In this document: positions 23,425 through 35,984 of the stretch, piece after piece
Layout of the letters: each line of letters begins with the position of its first letter
How positions within the stretch are numbered: position 1 is the first letter of the stretch
Source: Octopus bimaculoides
Taxonomy: Eukaryota
Direction of reading: 5' to 3'
DNA: 54,610 nucleotides
Assembly (NCBI RefSeq): GCF_001194135.2
Contig: NC_068999.1
Span: 52,373,571-52,428,180, forward strand
Program-made: the position numbers and the translations under genes
Notes under the pieces: model-generated
What the model saw: only the letters and a program-made list of their open reading frames with translations
Told to the model about the DNA's origin: nothing
Database searches by the model: none

Positions 23425-24010
23425 AACTACATAGTTTCAGGTTCAGTCTCACTGCAGGGTACCACCTTGGGCAAGTTTCTTCTACTATAGCCCTGGACTG
23501 ACCAAAACCTTGTGAGTGGATATGGTAGATTGAAACTGAAAGAAACCTATTGTATGTGTTTCTGTGTGTGCATTTAGTGCATCTAGCTCAATGTGGATTT
23601 GATTATAAATATTAGTAGTTCTTGGTATACAATTGTTTCTATCTCATCTACCTTGGATAGACGAAATGCTTATAATTATTATTATTATATATATCATCAT
23701 CATCATCATCATCGTTTAACGTCCGCTTTCCATGCTAGCATGGGTTGGACGATTTGACTGAGGACTGGTGAAACCGGATGGCAACACCAGGCTCCAGTCT
23801 GATTTGGCAGAGTTNNNNNNNNNNCAATTTTAGGGGAGAGGACTAGTCAATTACATCGACCCTGATGTTCACCTAGTACTATTTTATCAACCCTGAAAGG
23901 ATGAAAGGCAAAGTTGACCTCGGCAGAATTTGAACTCAGAATGTAAAGACGGACAAAATGTTGCTAAACATTTTGCCCGGCATGCTAATGATTCTGCCAG
24001 CTCACCACCT
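23425..24010. mobile_element. SINE cluster: head A (+) 23425-23560, RTE tail (-) 23695-23814, head B (-) 23825-24010
   Basis: Homology to other copies. Confidence 0.8.
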
Positions 24011-24469
24011 TACTAACTTCTAAATAGTAGATGATAAACAGTAGTGTATTCTGTATTTACCAAATTAATTATGTTTCTATATAACTTCTGCAGTTGCCCC
24101 CAAGAAATCTTTAAACTTTGTATTCCTTTCATTTTTACTAAAAACACCATTTTTTTTTTGTCTTTGCAAATTATATCTTTATCTCTCTGGCATAAAAATC
24201 AAAGGATTTGGAAATTTCAATAATTTTTTGTGTGGGTTTTGAACAAAATTTTATCTATTTATCTATTTATTTTGCTTTGCCTGGGACCAGCCATAAAACC
24301 TTTGTGTTTCCTCAAGTTAGATTAAATGAGATGCATAAAGATACTTGTTACTTTCAAAGATGAATTGAAATGCTTTGATCTGAATTTCATCTCAGTCCTT
24401 CAATAGAAGCATTTTACAAACTCAGTGAAATTTGGTTTTTGTTTGTAGTTTTTACATTTCTTTATCTTT

Positions 24470-25050
24470 TATCTTTCCTTCCTTCAATCATTGGATTGTG
24501 GCCATGCTGGAGGCATTGCCTTGAAGGGTTTTAGTTCTGAGGTTTTCAAGTGGGGTCCATAGATTCCATTGTTAAAATTCATGTACAATAAATTGGTTAC
24601 ACTTCTATAATACTCAAAATATTTTAACAATAATTTTTATAAAATTCCTAATAATATTTAATTATAAAAATATAATTGGATTTTTTTTTAAACATTGAGT
24701 GTGTGTGTGTGTGTGCTTGTCTTTGTGTATGTGTTTGTCACCCACCACAGCTTGACAACCAGTGTTGGTGTGTTTACGCCCCTGTAAATTAGTGGTTCAG
24801 TAAAAGAGACGAATAGAACAAGTACCAGGCTTACCAAAAAAAAAAGCGAATAAATACTCGAGTTGATTCATTTGACTTAAAATTCTTCAACAGGCGAAAT
24901 ATCACTAAGCATTTCGTCCAGCATGCTAATGATTCTGCCAGCTCACCACCCTACACAGGGCTGTAATAAAAGGCATTTGTCTAAAGTGTCGTGCAATGGG
25001 ATTGAACTCAAAACCAAATGATTGTGAAGTAGATTCCTTACCCACACAGT
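24470..25050. mobile_element. SINE fragments with an internal hAT-like MITE piece (about 24535-24700)
   Basis: 'gaggttttcaagtggggtccatag' resembles hAT MITE ends; flanking SINE blocks are homologous to other copies. Confidence 0.6.
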
Positions 25051-25199
25051 CATGCTTTTATTTAACATAATATTGAAAGATAATTAATTAAAAATTGAAA
25101 TTATATAAAAATTTTCTCTTTTGAATATTTCTGAAATCCTGTAAGAAAAATGTTTATCCTATAATGCACTCTTTTTAATTTGCAGAATCAGGGAAATAT

Positions 25200-25416
25200 T
25201 AAATAATGATGATGATGATGATGATGACAATGAAAATAACAACAACAGCAATAATCATAGCAATAACAACTACAACAGTTATAATAATAATAATAATATA
25301 TATAATAGTAATGATAATAATATGTATAATAGTAATAATAATAATAAATATATAATAGTAATAATAATAATAATAATAATAATATTAATAATAATAATAA
25401 TAATAGTATATAATAG

Positions 25417-25460
<44 letters not shown>

Positions 25461-25490
25461 TATAATAGTAATAATAATAATGTATAATAG
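25200..25490. repeat. (AAT)n microsatellite
   Basis: Seen directly. Confidence 0.95.
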
Positions 25491-26103
25491 NNNNNNNNNN
25501 NNNNNNNNNNNNNNNNNNNNNNNNNNNNNNNNNNNNNNNNNNNNNNNNNNNNNNNNNNNNNNNNNNNNNNNNNNNNNNNNNNNNNNNNNNNNNNNNNNNN
25601 NNNNNNNNNNNNNNNNNNNNNNNNNNNNNNNNNNNNNNNNNNNNNNNNNNNNNNNNNNNNNNNNNNNNNNNNNNNNNNNNNNNNNNNNNNNNNNNNNNNN
25701 NNNNNNNNNNNNNNNNNNNNNNNNNNNNNNNNNNNNNNNNNNNNNNNNNNNNNNNNNNNNNNNNNNNNNNNNNNNNNNNNNNNNNNNNNNNNNNNNNNNN
25801 NNNNNNNNNNNNNNNNNNNNNNNNNNNNNNNNNNNNNNNNNNNNNNNNNNNNNNNNNNNNNNNNNNNNNTATATATATATATGTGTGGTCTATATTAACA
25901 CACTATTGAAGGTCAATAAATACCTTTAGAGTGTATTGAAAGGTTAAATAATTCACTGTTAGCTTCAATTAGAGGCTACTTTAACACACTATTATTTCAA
26001 TACCTTGTGTTGATGAACCACCACGAAATATCAAAGAATGTTAGTTGCAAAATATTCTTTTTTTTTATACATTTTGCATTTTCTATATACAAACATTAAT
26101 TTG

Positions 26104-26158
<55 letters not shown>

Positions 26159-26873
26159 CTCTCTTTGGTCTCTTTGTGTGTCTTTCTTTCTGTCTCTTTT
26201 TAAGAGACCTTCTCTAGCTCCGCTTCATAACAAATACTTCCATACATTATAAAGCTTTTGATATTTTGCTTTTGATCTCTCTTAAACATGCAGTTCTCTC
26301 ATTCAAGAACAGAGGCTTTTCTTTATAAAATGCCTGGTCAGCAACTTTATCCTTCTCCTCCTCCCACTCCTCCTGTCCCCCTAACACTACCACCACCATC
26401 ACCACCACCAACAACAACAACGACTATTCCATCAACTCCACCGCCACCACCGCCACGGATTCTAGGAGCAGAATCATCATTAAATCTATTCTATCACATT
26501 TCCACATAAAAATAAGAAGGAAAAAATGTAAAAAAAAAAAAAAAAAAAGTAAAAAAAGAATAAGAGTGAAATAAAGGTAAAACGAAAGAAAGGAAGGAAG
26601 GAAGGAAGGAAGGAAGACAGAAAGCAAAACCGAAAGAAAAGAAATCAAACAAAATAATGCTTCTCCAAATGTGTTTGACTATGAAAGGAAACGGTCTATA
26701 AGAATGGAACTTGATGGATTCAGAGTGGAATCTGCTTAACTCACAATGTTTATATATAGTATCAATGGCCTGCCTAAGCAAAGGTTAATTGCACCTTATT
26801 AATGGTCGGCTTACTGATTGATACTCAGATGACTACTTCATATACACACACATATATACATATGTATATATGT

Positions 26874-27270
26874 GCAGGTCAGGTGTGGCTGTGTGGTTAA
26901 GAAGCTTGCTTCCCAACGGTACAGTTCCAGGTTCAGTCCCACTGAGTGGCACCTTGGGCAAGTGTCTTCTACTTATAGCCTCAGGCCAACCAAAGCTTTG
27001 TGAGAGGATTTGATAGACGGAAACTGAAAGAAGCCTGTCATATATATATGTATATGTGTGTGAGTGTGTATGTGTGTGTTTCTTTGTTTCCCACCACTGC
27101 TTGACAATCGGTGTTGGTGTGTTTACATCCCCATAATCTAGCTGTTTGGCAAAAGAAACCCAATAGAATAAATACCAAAAATAACATAAGTACTGGGGTT
27201 GATTCATTCGACTAAAAAATTCTTCGAGGCTATGCTCCAGAATGGCTGCAGTCTAGTAACTGAAACAAAT
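26874..27270 (+). mobile_element. Full-length head-A SINE (tail type 1)
   Basis: Colinear with the copy at 50962-51350. Confidence 0.9.
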
Positions 27271-27329
27271 TATATACATACATACATACATATGAACCCT
27301 CTCTCACGTTATATATATATATACACCAG

Positions 27330-27523
27330 ACTAAGCACATAAATGTGAAACAAGGTGGAAAAAATTGTACTCGAATACCAAAGGTAGAGCAATATGCTTT
27401 ATTAATAAAGCTGCAAAGACATCACAAGAACTGTTACTCAGAGTTTCACAAACCTGTTTGTCGGACAGAAACATGACACTCTGAGTAACAGTTTTTGTGA
27501 TGTCTTTGTAGCTTTATCAATAA
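27330..27523. mobile_element. Penelope-like short repeat with a foldback end
   Basis: 50-bp inverted arms at 27399-27448 and 27474-27523 (4 mismatches) around a 25-nt loop. Confidence 0.6.
27429..27468 (-). ncRNA. Degenerate type-I hammerhead-like motif
   Basis: CTGT-CCGACAA-ACA(ggtt)TGT-GAA-ACTC(t)GAGT-A-ACAG: stems I, II and III all present, GUA triplet; U4>C and G8>A (the latter consistent with CpG decay). Confidence 0.5.
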
Positions 27524-27594
27524 TATATATATATATCTTTTGAGATCATCCAATTGATACACAGCCTTATAGGTTGGACATTATATATCATCAT

Positions 27595-27935
27595 CATCAT
27601 CATCACCATCTTTATTTAAGGTCCATTTTCCATGCTTGCATGGCTCGGAATGGCACTACATTGGCTATGACAATTAGGGTTCCAGTTGATCCGATCAGTG
27701 GAACAGCTTGTGAAACAGCTTGCTCATGAAATTAATGTGCAAGTGAACACAATGCACTGCTGGGAATTGAACTGACAGTCTTATGATCACGAGCCGAATA
27801 CCTGTAACCATTAAATCACATGCCTTCATTGTGGGTATGTGTACCCTTAATGTAGTTCTCAAGGAGATTCAGCATGACATAGAATTGTGACAAAGCTGAC
27901 CCTTTGAATCAGAAGCCATGAGAGCCACTGCCTGG
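27595..27935 (-). mobile_element. RTE-tail fragment and head-C SINE
   Basis: Reverse homology to 17213-17535. Confidence 0.75.
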
Positions 27936-28142
27936 TACCATATCAGGGCATTTAATATTATAATCATTATTATTATTGTCGTTGTCGTTGTCGTCATTAT
28001 TATTAATGTTTATAGCAACCATACATTTAGTATCTACTGGGTTGAATCTAAGCTTGTTAATGTTACTATGTCTATCTTCAACACTTCATTTTTTTACTGT
28101 CTTATTTGTATCATTATTCTTGCTATTACACACATTCGCATG

Positions 28143-28193
<51 letters not shown>

Positions 28194-28889
28194 GTATCAA
28201 ATTATATATTTATATTTAATGTGATATCAGTGTAGCTGATACAGCATTTTAAGCCAATTACATCAACTCAGCACGCGGTTTGTTACTTTGTTTGTGAATG
28301 TAAGTAAAAGGGGAGCAATGTCTGGTATTTTTTTGGGTGGAGGTACAAACATTGTAAATATATGTCTATGTAATTCTCTTTAATTCCTTCTTACTTTCTA
28401 CTTAGGATCAAAGTATAGGCACAATGGTAATGCATATTTCCTTCTCGCTCTTGCTCTCTCACTTTCTCACCCTCATTCTTTCTTTGCTTATCTCTCTCTC
28501 TCTCTCTGTCCCTCTCTCACTCACTCTCTGTGTCTGCCTAGTAATATTTCCCATCATTTCTGTCTCTGTCTATCTGTCTCTTTCTGTTTTTCTCACTTTC
28601 TCTTCTACTGACAACATGGTTTCACTAAATGATGTAATATGTTATGACATATGATACACTACTGCTGATGTATCATGTTATCCTTTGGCAGTGTGTAATA
28701 TATTTTTGCTTCTTGTTTTTGTGCTTTTCTTTTTTCTTTGCGATCTAATGTAACATGGTATTGGGTGACATGAAGAACCACAGTCTACTGTTCATTATTA
28801 TGATGTAGTTATTTGTTTCCTTGGAATGTTCTACATCAACTTTTTCCATGCTATATCATGGTATATAATAAAGGTTTCTTTCTTGGTTG

Positions 28890-29075
28890 CTTTGGTGGTT
28901 AAGAATTTTCTTTCCGAACCACATGTCTAGCTATGGAAAAATATTATCTTGTTTGAAAACATGTGAGAGGTTGGTGATAAGAAAGGTATCCAGCTGTAGG
29001 AAAATCTGCCTGTAGGAAAATCAATGAACTTCATCTTACCCGTGCGGGCAGAAAATGTGGGTATTAAAATGATGA
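28890..29075 (+). mobile_element. Internally deleted composite SINE
   Basis: Head 'ggtggttaagaattttctttccgaaccac' joined directly to tail 'aaggtatccagctgtagg...attaaaatgatgatgac'. Confidence 0.65.
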
Positions 29076-29744
29076 TGACAGCGATGGCAATTGCAATGAC
29101 AGAAAAATATCTGTTTTTTATGTAACAGGAATGTTCAGTGTATAAACTATAGCAAACACCAGTAGTTCAATACAACATATAAACCACTTCTCTTCAATAC
29201 AGTAAACCCTCAATTTAATAAACCAATAGAGGAGAAGGTCTGTTTGTTAATGCCAAAAAATCTGGTAAATCAAATAGACTAATAGGAGGGAGGGTGTGTG
29301 GTTGTTTATGCAAAAAGTCTGTTGCATTGAATGGTAACCCTGGGGCCATTTTGTATTGTTTTTCACTAAAACTCTCACACATCCTTTTTCGCTTTCATCT
29401 TAGTAGTTCTTTGACCTATTTGACAACCACATCAATAGTATCCATATTTTTTTTTACCATTTTTCTTTGCTGTTGCCTTTTTGTGCTTCTAGTTTTGCAC
29501 TTTGTTTTCTTCACCTTTTAATATTGCTCTATGGAACAACTCAAGCATTATTGCATTCTCTCTTTCTCTCTAAAATCTTTTTCTGTTTAATCTGATATCC
29601 ATGAAATCGGTGTCTGTTAAACTAAAGGTACGCTGTACATATTAAATGGGTTAGACTAGAAATACACTGCTATATGCTGCAATAATAGGATGGGAAATAA
29701 TTTTTTTCTTCTTCCAATGCAGGTGTGACATTTTGTCTTTTATA

Positions 29745-30050
29745 GGTGCAGGTATGGCTGTATGTTTAAGAAGTTCATTTTGTAATCATCTGGTTTCAGG
29801 TTCAGTTCCTTTGCGCGGCAGCTTAGGCAAGTGTCTTCTACTGTAGACCTGGGTCATCCAGTGCCTTGTGAGAAAATTCGGTAGATGGAAACTGTGTGGA
29901 AGCCCATCATGTATGTGGGTGGGTGTTTGTGTGTGTGTTTGTAACCCCACCGCCTCTTGGCAACTGGTGTTGTTTTGTTTACAAACCAACACCTGTAACT
30001 TAGCAGTTTGGAAAATGAGGCGAATAGATTAATTACCAGTCTTTAAAAAA
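29745..30050 (+). mobile_element. Head-A SINE
   Basis: Homology to other copies. Confidence 0.85.
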
Positions 30051-30279
30051 ATGATGGGCAACCCTTATCCCTATTTTGCAGAGGAAATCAGTAGTACAGG
30101 GTCCAAGAACACCTGACATCTTTGACACTGACTGGCACAAACTGATAGCAGCCAGTCAGACCCCTGTATTCGCAAAGATTTTATTTGACTTTTATAAATA
30201 GTAAAATACCCTACCTTTGATATTCAAATACTATTTTTTTCCACCTTGTTTTGTATCTATGTTCTTACTTGTGTATTCG

Positions 30280-30389
30280 CATATCTATCTATCTATCTAC
30301 CTACCTACCTATCTATCTATCTATCTAGCTATCTACCTACCTATCTATCTACCTATCTATCTATCTACCTATCTATCTATCTATCTATC

Positions 30390-30427
<38 letters not shown>

Positions 30428-30440
30428 TACATACATGTGT
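30280..30440. repeat. (CTAT)n/(TA)n/(CA)n microsatellite
   Basis: Seen directly. Confidence 0.95.
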
Positions 30441-30832
30441 GTATGTGTTTCAATATTGTTCTTACTATACAATCACAAGAATGATTAGGTTGAAATAAAA
30501 TAGAATGTAGGCTGATTGCACAACCTTAACTTCTAAGCCTTAGTTACTATGGAGATAGCTGGAATACTCAGCCCCTGATGAATTTTTTTTTTTTTTTTTT
30601 TTTGTTACATCAAAGAACCTTTAATGGCTTAATAGCTTACAGAAGATCATTTTATGAATCAATGGCAGACTCACTTCAGTGTTACTAATGAGAGTAACTG
30701 TGTTGTTTGAAGATATATATAAATATGTCCCAATCAAACCCTGGCTGTATCTTAAAAAAAAACAAAAAAAACATCAAATAACTGTTTGTTTTTATTTTTG
30801 CTTTTATTGTTTTTTTTTAAAGTCAGTCTAAG

Positions 30833-31060
30833 GCATGTGGTCATGGGGTTAGGGCATTACATTCATGGTCATAACATTGTGAGTTTAATTCCAAGAATGG
30901 GCAGTGCATTGCATCCTTGAGCGAGGCACATCATTTCACATTATTCCAGTCTGCTCAAATGTAAATGAGAGTTGACTTAGCACTGATGCAGTTCCCTCCC
31001 TCCCTCTCTCTCCCTCTGGCTGTGACAAGCCTGTTGTTCTATGTGTCACTGATGGGAGGG
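30833..31060 (+). mobile_element. Head-C SINE, decayed
   Basis: 'ggcatgtggtcatggggttaggg...catccttgagcgaggcac'. Confidence 0.65.
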
Positions 31061-31329
31061 CCAAGAAACTTTATTTTTTATTACAAAGGCACCTAAAATA
31101 ACTAGTAAAAACGATGGTAGTTGGGGGTGTTGGACAGTTGATCATAAAATTGTGATTATTGAAATGTCTAATTTTTGTGAGGTCAAGATCTGATCCAACA
31201 CAGAGTTTTAACTCACTAGACTGCTATCCAGGTAACATAGTCTGTAAATTAAAGAGACACCTGAAGGGATGCAATGTATGATAATGATTATGATGATGAT
31301 TAAAACAATTTGTCAATCCTCTGCTTTTA

Positions 31330-31990
31330 GAAGATGCTGTTTCTTTGATGATTTTCAGTATTGGTTCGCTTTTGGCTCAGCTCACAAGATTCTATACTTT
31401 AGCGGGATTTGGCTGATATGATGCCAAACCCAAATGCATAATCAATGGAAGGGACGTGGAATGGCTTCAGTCAGGGATTGAAACTTTAAGTACTTAGGTG
31501 GTTGGGTGACCAGTTTGGAAGTAGACATCAAGATCAGGAAGGCACAAGCATGGACAGCCTATCACAAACTAAAGAAGGTCTCCAAATTGCCCAGGCAAAC
31601 TAAAATCAAGCTGTTCATTGCAACTGTCAAATCAGTATTATTATATCAGTGAAACATGGACACTGACAAAGAAATTATCAAATGGGCTGGATAGCTGTTA
31701 TGAAGGAATGTGAAATGGCAGAAATGCATGACAAACGAATGCCGTTATGGAGACCTGCCGAAAGCTAGTGAGAAGATCATCCAAAGATGACTGCGACTAT
31801 CTGATCACTGTGTGTACCACTCTGATCTGGAAGCTTCTAAATTAATCACATGGAACCCACTTCATGTTGATGTAAGAAGAGGAAAATGTTGTCATGCTTA
31901 CATTGACAACTTGGTTGCAGACACTGGCCTGAAATGTATCCAGGGCCTCAAAGCAGTGATGCTGGATTGAGAAGTGTGGCAGGTGGACTT
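31330..31990 (+). mobile_element. RTE-type LINE ORF C-terminal half, decayed
   Basis: FKYLGGWVTSLEVDIKIRKAQAWTAYHKLKK..KIKLFIATVKSVLLY..ETWTLT..LDSCY..YGDLPK..RLSDHC..YIDNLVADTGL. Confidence 0.9.
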
Positions 31991-32379
31991 TTGCTGCAGC
32001 CTGGGTTGAAACCCAGCCATAAGTCAGTAAGGGATTGAAACAACATTGCTATATCATCTTATTCAGAATTTGCATTTGTGTTTGACATGGCTTTCAGTTT
32101 TAAAAATTTACAATATTGAATTTTACACTGTTAAATTTTAATAACCGACTTAATAAAGAAATATTTGTTATTTGATTTTCTGTATGTTGCAACAACACTA
32201 TGGCATAAAAATTAACATGAAATTTTGAGAAATCGAAATACTTCAATATTTAAATAAATATTAACGATTATATTTACATTTCGAAGCAGAGAATTGAAAA
32301 AAAGAATTTAGTTTAAAATATTAATTTATGGATGTAATAGTTTCACATGAGAGATGAAACAGTAAAGACAGAGTGGTGC

Positions 32380-32838
32380 AAGAATGAGACAGGGTGAGAG
32401 TGTGAGTGAGAAAGAGAGATAGAGAGTGTGTGTGAGAAAGAAAGAGAGACAGTGTGTGAGAGATGAATTCATAGAGCGGAAAAAGAAAATTGAGAATGGG
32501 TGAGAAAAAGAGAAAAACGGAGGGGGAAAAATGAAGAGGAAAAGATTAGGAGAGATGAAACAGGAAAGATAGAGAGAGTGGTGTAAGGATGAGAGGGAGA
32601 GACAGAGTGAGAGTGTGAGTGAGAAAGAAGGATAGAGAGTGTGAGAAAGAAAGAGAGAGATGAATACATGAAAAGAAATAAGAAAAGTGAGAATGAGTAA
32701 GTGAGGAAAGAGAGAGAAAAAAGGAATGGAAAATGAAGAAGAAAATAAAAAAAAAGGAGAGAGATGTAATTAAGTGACTGAAAGAGAAAAATGGAGTGGA
32801 GAAGAAGAGAGAAATAGAGGGAGGTGGAGTGAAATAAG

Positions 32839-32875
<37 letters not shown>

Positions 32876-33310
32876 TGAGGTTTTAAGAATGATGGATAGA
32901 GTGATAGATAAATAGATAAGTTGTAATAATAATAAAAAAAAAAGTAATGATAGATCAATGGACAGATGAATAAAATGAATGGAAAGGATGAGAGATATTA
33001 CGAAAGAGTGGGGAGGAGGTAGAAATATAATGATCAGTGATGGGAAGCTAGAGATTGATTGTTTGATAGATAACGACTGAGAATGGGCCTACTACTACTA
33101 CTACTACTACTCCTACTAATAATAATAATAATAATATATAGGGAGAGAGAGGTGAGAGCGACATGCTTTGTTCAGATAAAGTGAGACGAATAGGTAAATA
33201 GTTTGTATGTATGAGAGAAAGTGAAGTTATAATAGAGAAATTGTAATAGAAAGAGAAAGAAAGAAAGTATAAAAGAGAAAGAGAGAGAGAGAGAAAGAGA
33301 AATTGTGTGT
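32380..33310. repeat. Long GA-rich purine tract with microsatellites
   Basis: Seen directly. Confidence 0.85.
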
Positions 33311-33739
33311 GCACATATGCAAGTGTGTGCTTGTGTGAGAGGAGGGTGAATTGAAGATAGTTTTGTTGCTGTAATTATAGCTTGAAGCTTGTTGTTATGT
33401 TGGGTGACTGAGTAAAAAAATAACACTAATGTCTGAATTAAAAATGAAAATATTCAGAATGACATAAGCTTACTTTATCCTTAGACATTTAAAAAAAAAT
33501 TTTTTATTGGTATTGGTAAAGAAAGGATTGATAGCTTAAAATAGCATATTTATTACTAGGCTACTAATGGGTACTGTACAGGTCAGAGGTCAGCTTCTGC
33601 TAAACTGGTATTGTAAGTCAATTTTGATTCCTGGTTAAAGCCATTCACCATTAAACTTGCTGATGCTCTTGGACAGTGATGCTCTTGGAAATGTCTTTTC
33701 AGGAACTAGCAGGGTGTTCTAATGTCCCATGCCAGATGT

Positions 33740-34020
33740 TGCAGTTAGGATGGCTTTCTTCAGGGCCTGTATAGAGTGCCTTCTTTTCTTTAGTCCTGTT
33801 TAGAGTGCTTTCTTCTCTATGGAGTTGAAACCTGGACTATAATGAAGGAGTTTCAATATCACTTTGATGGTATATACACCAAACTCCACATGAGGACTCA
33901 AAACATCTCATGGCATGAGCACAAGTCCCTGAAGAGGAGTTTTATGGACATATTCAACTGATCTCTACTATTGTTGTTCAATGCAAAATGAGTTTTGTTG
34001 GCCCAGGGCACATCAGATGT
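33740..34020 (+). mobile_element. Second RTE-type LINE fragment
   Basis: FFRACIECLL / LLYGVETWTIMKEFQYHFDGIYTKLHMRTQNISWHEH, matching RTE LLYGxETWT..LDGxYTR. Confidence 0.85.
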
Positions 34021-34149
34021 TATATTTTGCAGACTTTTGATCATGAATAGAGAAATTGTTGGTATGAAACAAAATATGGTAATGTGTTTAGTCTGGCACT
34101 ATTTTTATTGGTTTAGCAAAATAAGTTTCCTCAAAGTTGGCTTTAAGAA

Positions 34150-34400
34150 AAGCATCCAGTTGTAAATACCATATCAAAGCAGACCTTGCTGGTGCTAGTT
34201 CATGTGAAAAGCACATAGTCCACTTTGTATAGTGGTTGGCATTAGGAGGGGCATCCAGCCATAAAAACCATGCCAAAACAGGCAGTGCAACTTGGTACTG
34301 TCCTCTGGCTTGCTAGCTCCTGTCAAAGCCGTGCCAGCATGAAAGACAAACATTAAATGTTGTTGTTGTTGATAATGATGATGATGGTGGTGGTGGTGAT
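34150..34400 (+). mobile_element. RTE-tailed SINE 3' part
   Basis: 'ggttggcattaggaggggcatccagcc...cattaaatgttgttg'. Confidence 0.8.
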
Positions 34401-34829
34401 GATGTTTGATCTATATATTGCTAGCTAGGCTGTACAGACACCAGGTAGTGCTAACAAATGGATATGAATTACCAGTCTCTCAGCTGGGTGTCCACTGCAC
34501 TATGCATTCAACCATCTATTTCTTTCTGCTGTAGTTTAGTTTTGTTGTAATTTCCTAAAGGTCGAGTCCATTTGTATTTTGCAGAAGAAACTTATGGTGG
34601 ATGTAACCTTTCAAAATCTATGCTGGTAAAGGAAGAAAATGCTATGCTAACGTGTATCAGTAATAATCACCTTCCATCTTTGTGAGATGCATTCAAGATG
34701 CAAAGCAGAAAATCTGTAGGGTGGTTCGAATTAAGAGACATACAAAAATATAGACAAGGAGCCAAAGGTGTAAAGTCTAAAGCATTATAAAAACCTCTTT
34801 ATGTATATTTATGTATCAGTAATAATAGT

Positions 34830-35180
34830 TTCGGATTTTGGCTTAAGGCCAGCAAATTTAGGAGAAAGAGGTAAATCAGTTACATCAACTCCAGTGCTCA
34901 ACTGGTACTTATTTTATTGACTCTGAAAGGATGAAAGGTACAATTGACCTCGGTAGAATTTGAACTTAGAACATAAAGAACTGGAAGAAATGCAGCTGAG
35001 CAGTTTGTTCAATGCATCAGTGACTCTACCAGTTTGTTGCCTTAGTAAGTATCAGTAATATTTCTTGTCTTTTGTTTGTCTATGCATTCAAACTCTGCTG
35101 AGGTCGACTTTGCTTTTCATCCTTTCGGAGCCGAAAAAATAAGTACCAGTTGAGCACTGGGGTCGATGTAACAGAGTTAT
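34830..35180. mobile_element. Head-B SINEs in opposite orientations (- 34830-35045, + 35085-35180)
   Basis: Shared domain 'ttcatcctttc..gtcga/a..aaataagtaccagttgagcactgg' appears inverted. Confidence 0.8.
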
Positions 35181-35355
35181 TGATAGTATCTATAAAATTT
35201 TGTTTTACTGTCGGGTGACTTTTGGCCAACCCTATATATGTGTGTGTATATACAAATGCATATTAGGTAAAATAATATGACATTAAATGATGATGGTGTT
35301 GATGATTAGATATGTATATATTATTTTACCTAATATGCATTTGTATATATGTATA

Positions 35356-35410
<55 letters not shown>

Positions 35411-35420
35411 NNNNNNNNNN

Positions 35421-35474
<54 letters not shown>

Positions 35475-35984
35475 TAAATATTTCCAGTATCTTCTATATC
35501 AGTATATAAGTGATAGTAATAATAGTGATAGTGTAAAAACTTTTATCATTAAAATAAATCTGAGTTCTTTACTTTAGAATAATTACATTGTCTTAATTTA
35601 ATTACCTAATCAACACTTTACTAGGATTAAAGTTCATTTCTGTTACTATGGTTTCTACAGAATAGATCACATTATGGCAATATTGTTGTTGTTGTTGTTG
35701 TTGTTACCATTGTTGTTGTCAGTGTTGATGTTGCTCAGGTCTTGCAGAATAGACTTATAGCCTGATGGCAGACGATTGATGTAGTTTTTGGTTTGTACTG
35801 TTCCAGTCATGACCATTTCATCTTTATTTTAGGACTGACATTTAGGACTTCAAACAGACAGTCCCAATTAATTAAAAGGAAATTTGGCTGTAGTGTTGAG
35901 CAGCTGAAGAGACCGCTAGAAATAGCAGTCAAGTTCTCTTGAAACACGCTCTACTATAATCTTCTATCTTTTGCTTACTTCAAT

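Noticed and set aside
26005-26040. TTGATGA..GAAATATC hammerhead-like string
   Set aside because: Stem II and stem I do not pair.
26288-26509. Proline/threonine-rich 73-aa ORF
   Set aside because: Built largely from (CCT)n, (CCA)n and (ACA)n trinucleotide repeats; no independent coding evidence.
30090-30227. 45-codon plus frame after an acceptor-like ttttgcag ending KIPYL*, with a 9-bp inverted repeat CTGACTGGC/GCCAGTCAG
   Set aside because: Length and hairpin are within chance expectation; similarity to the 16074 exon end looks coincidental.
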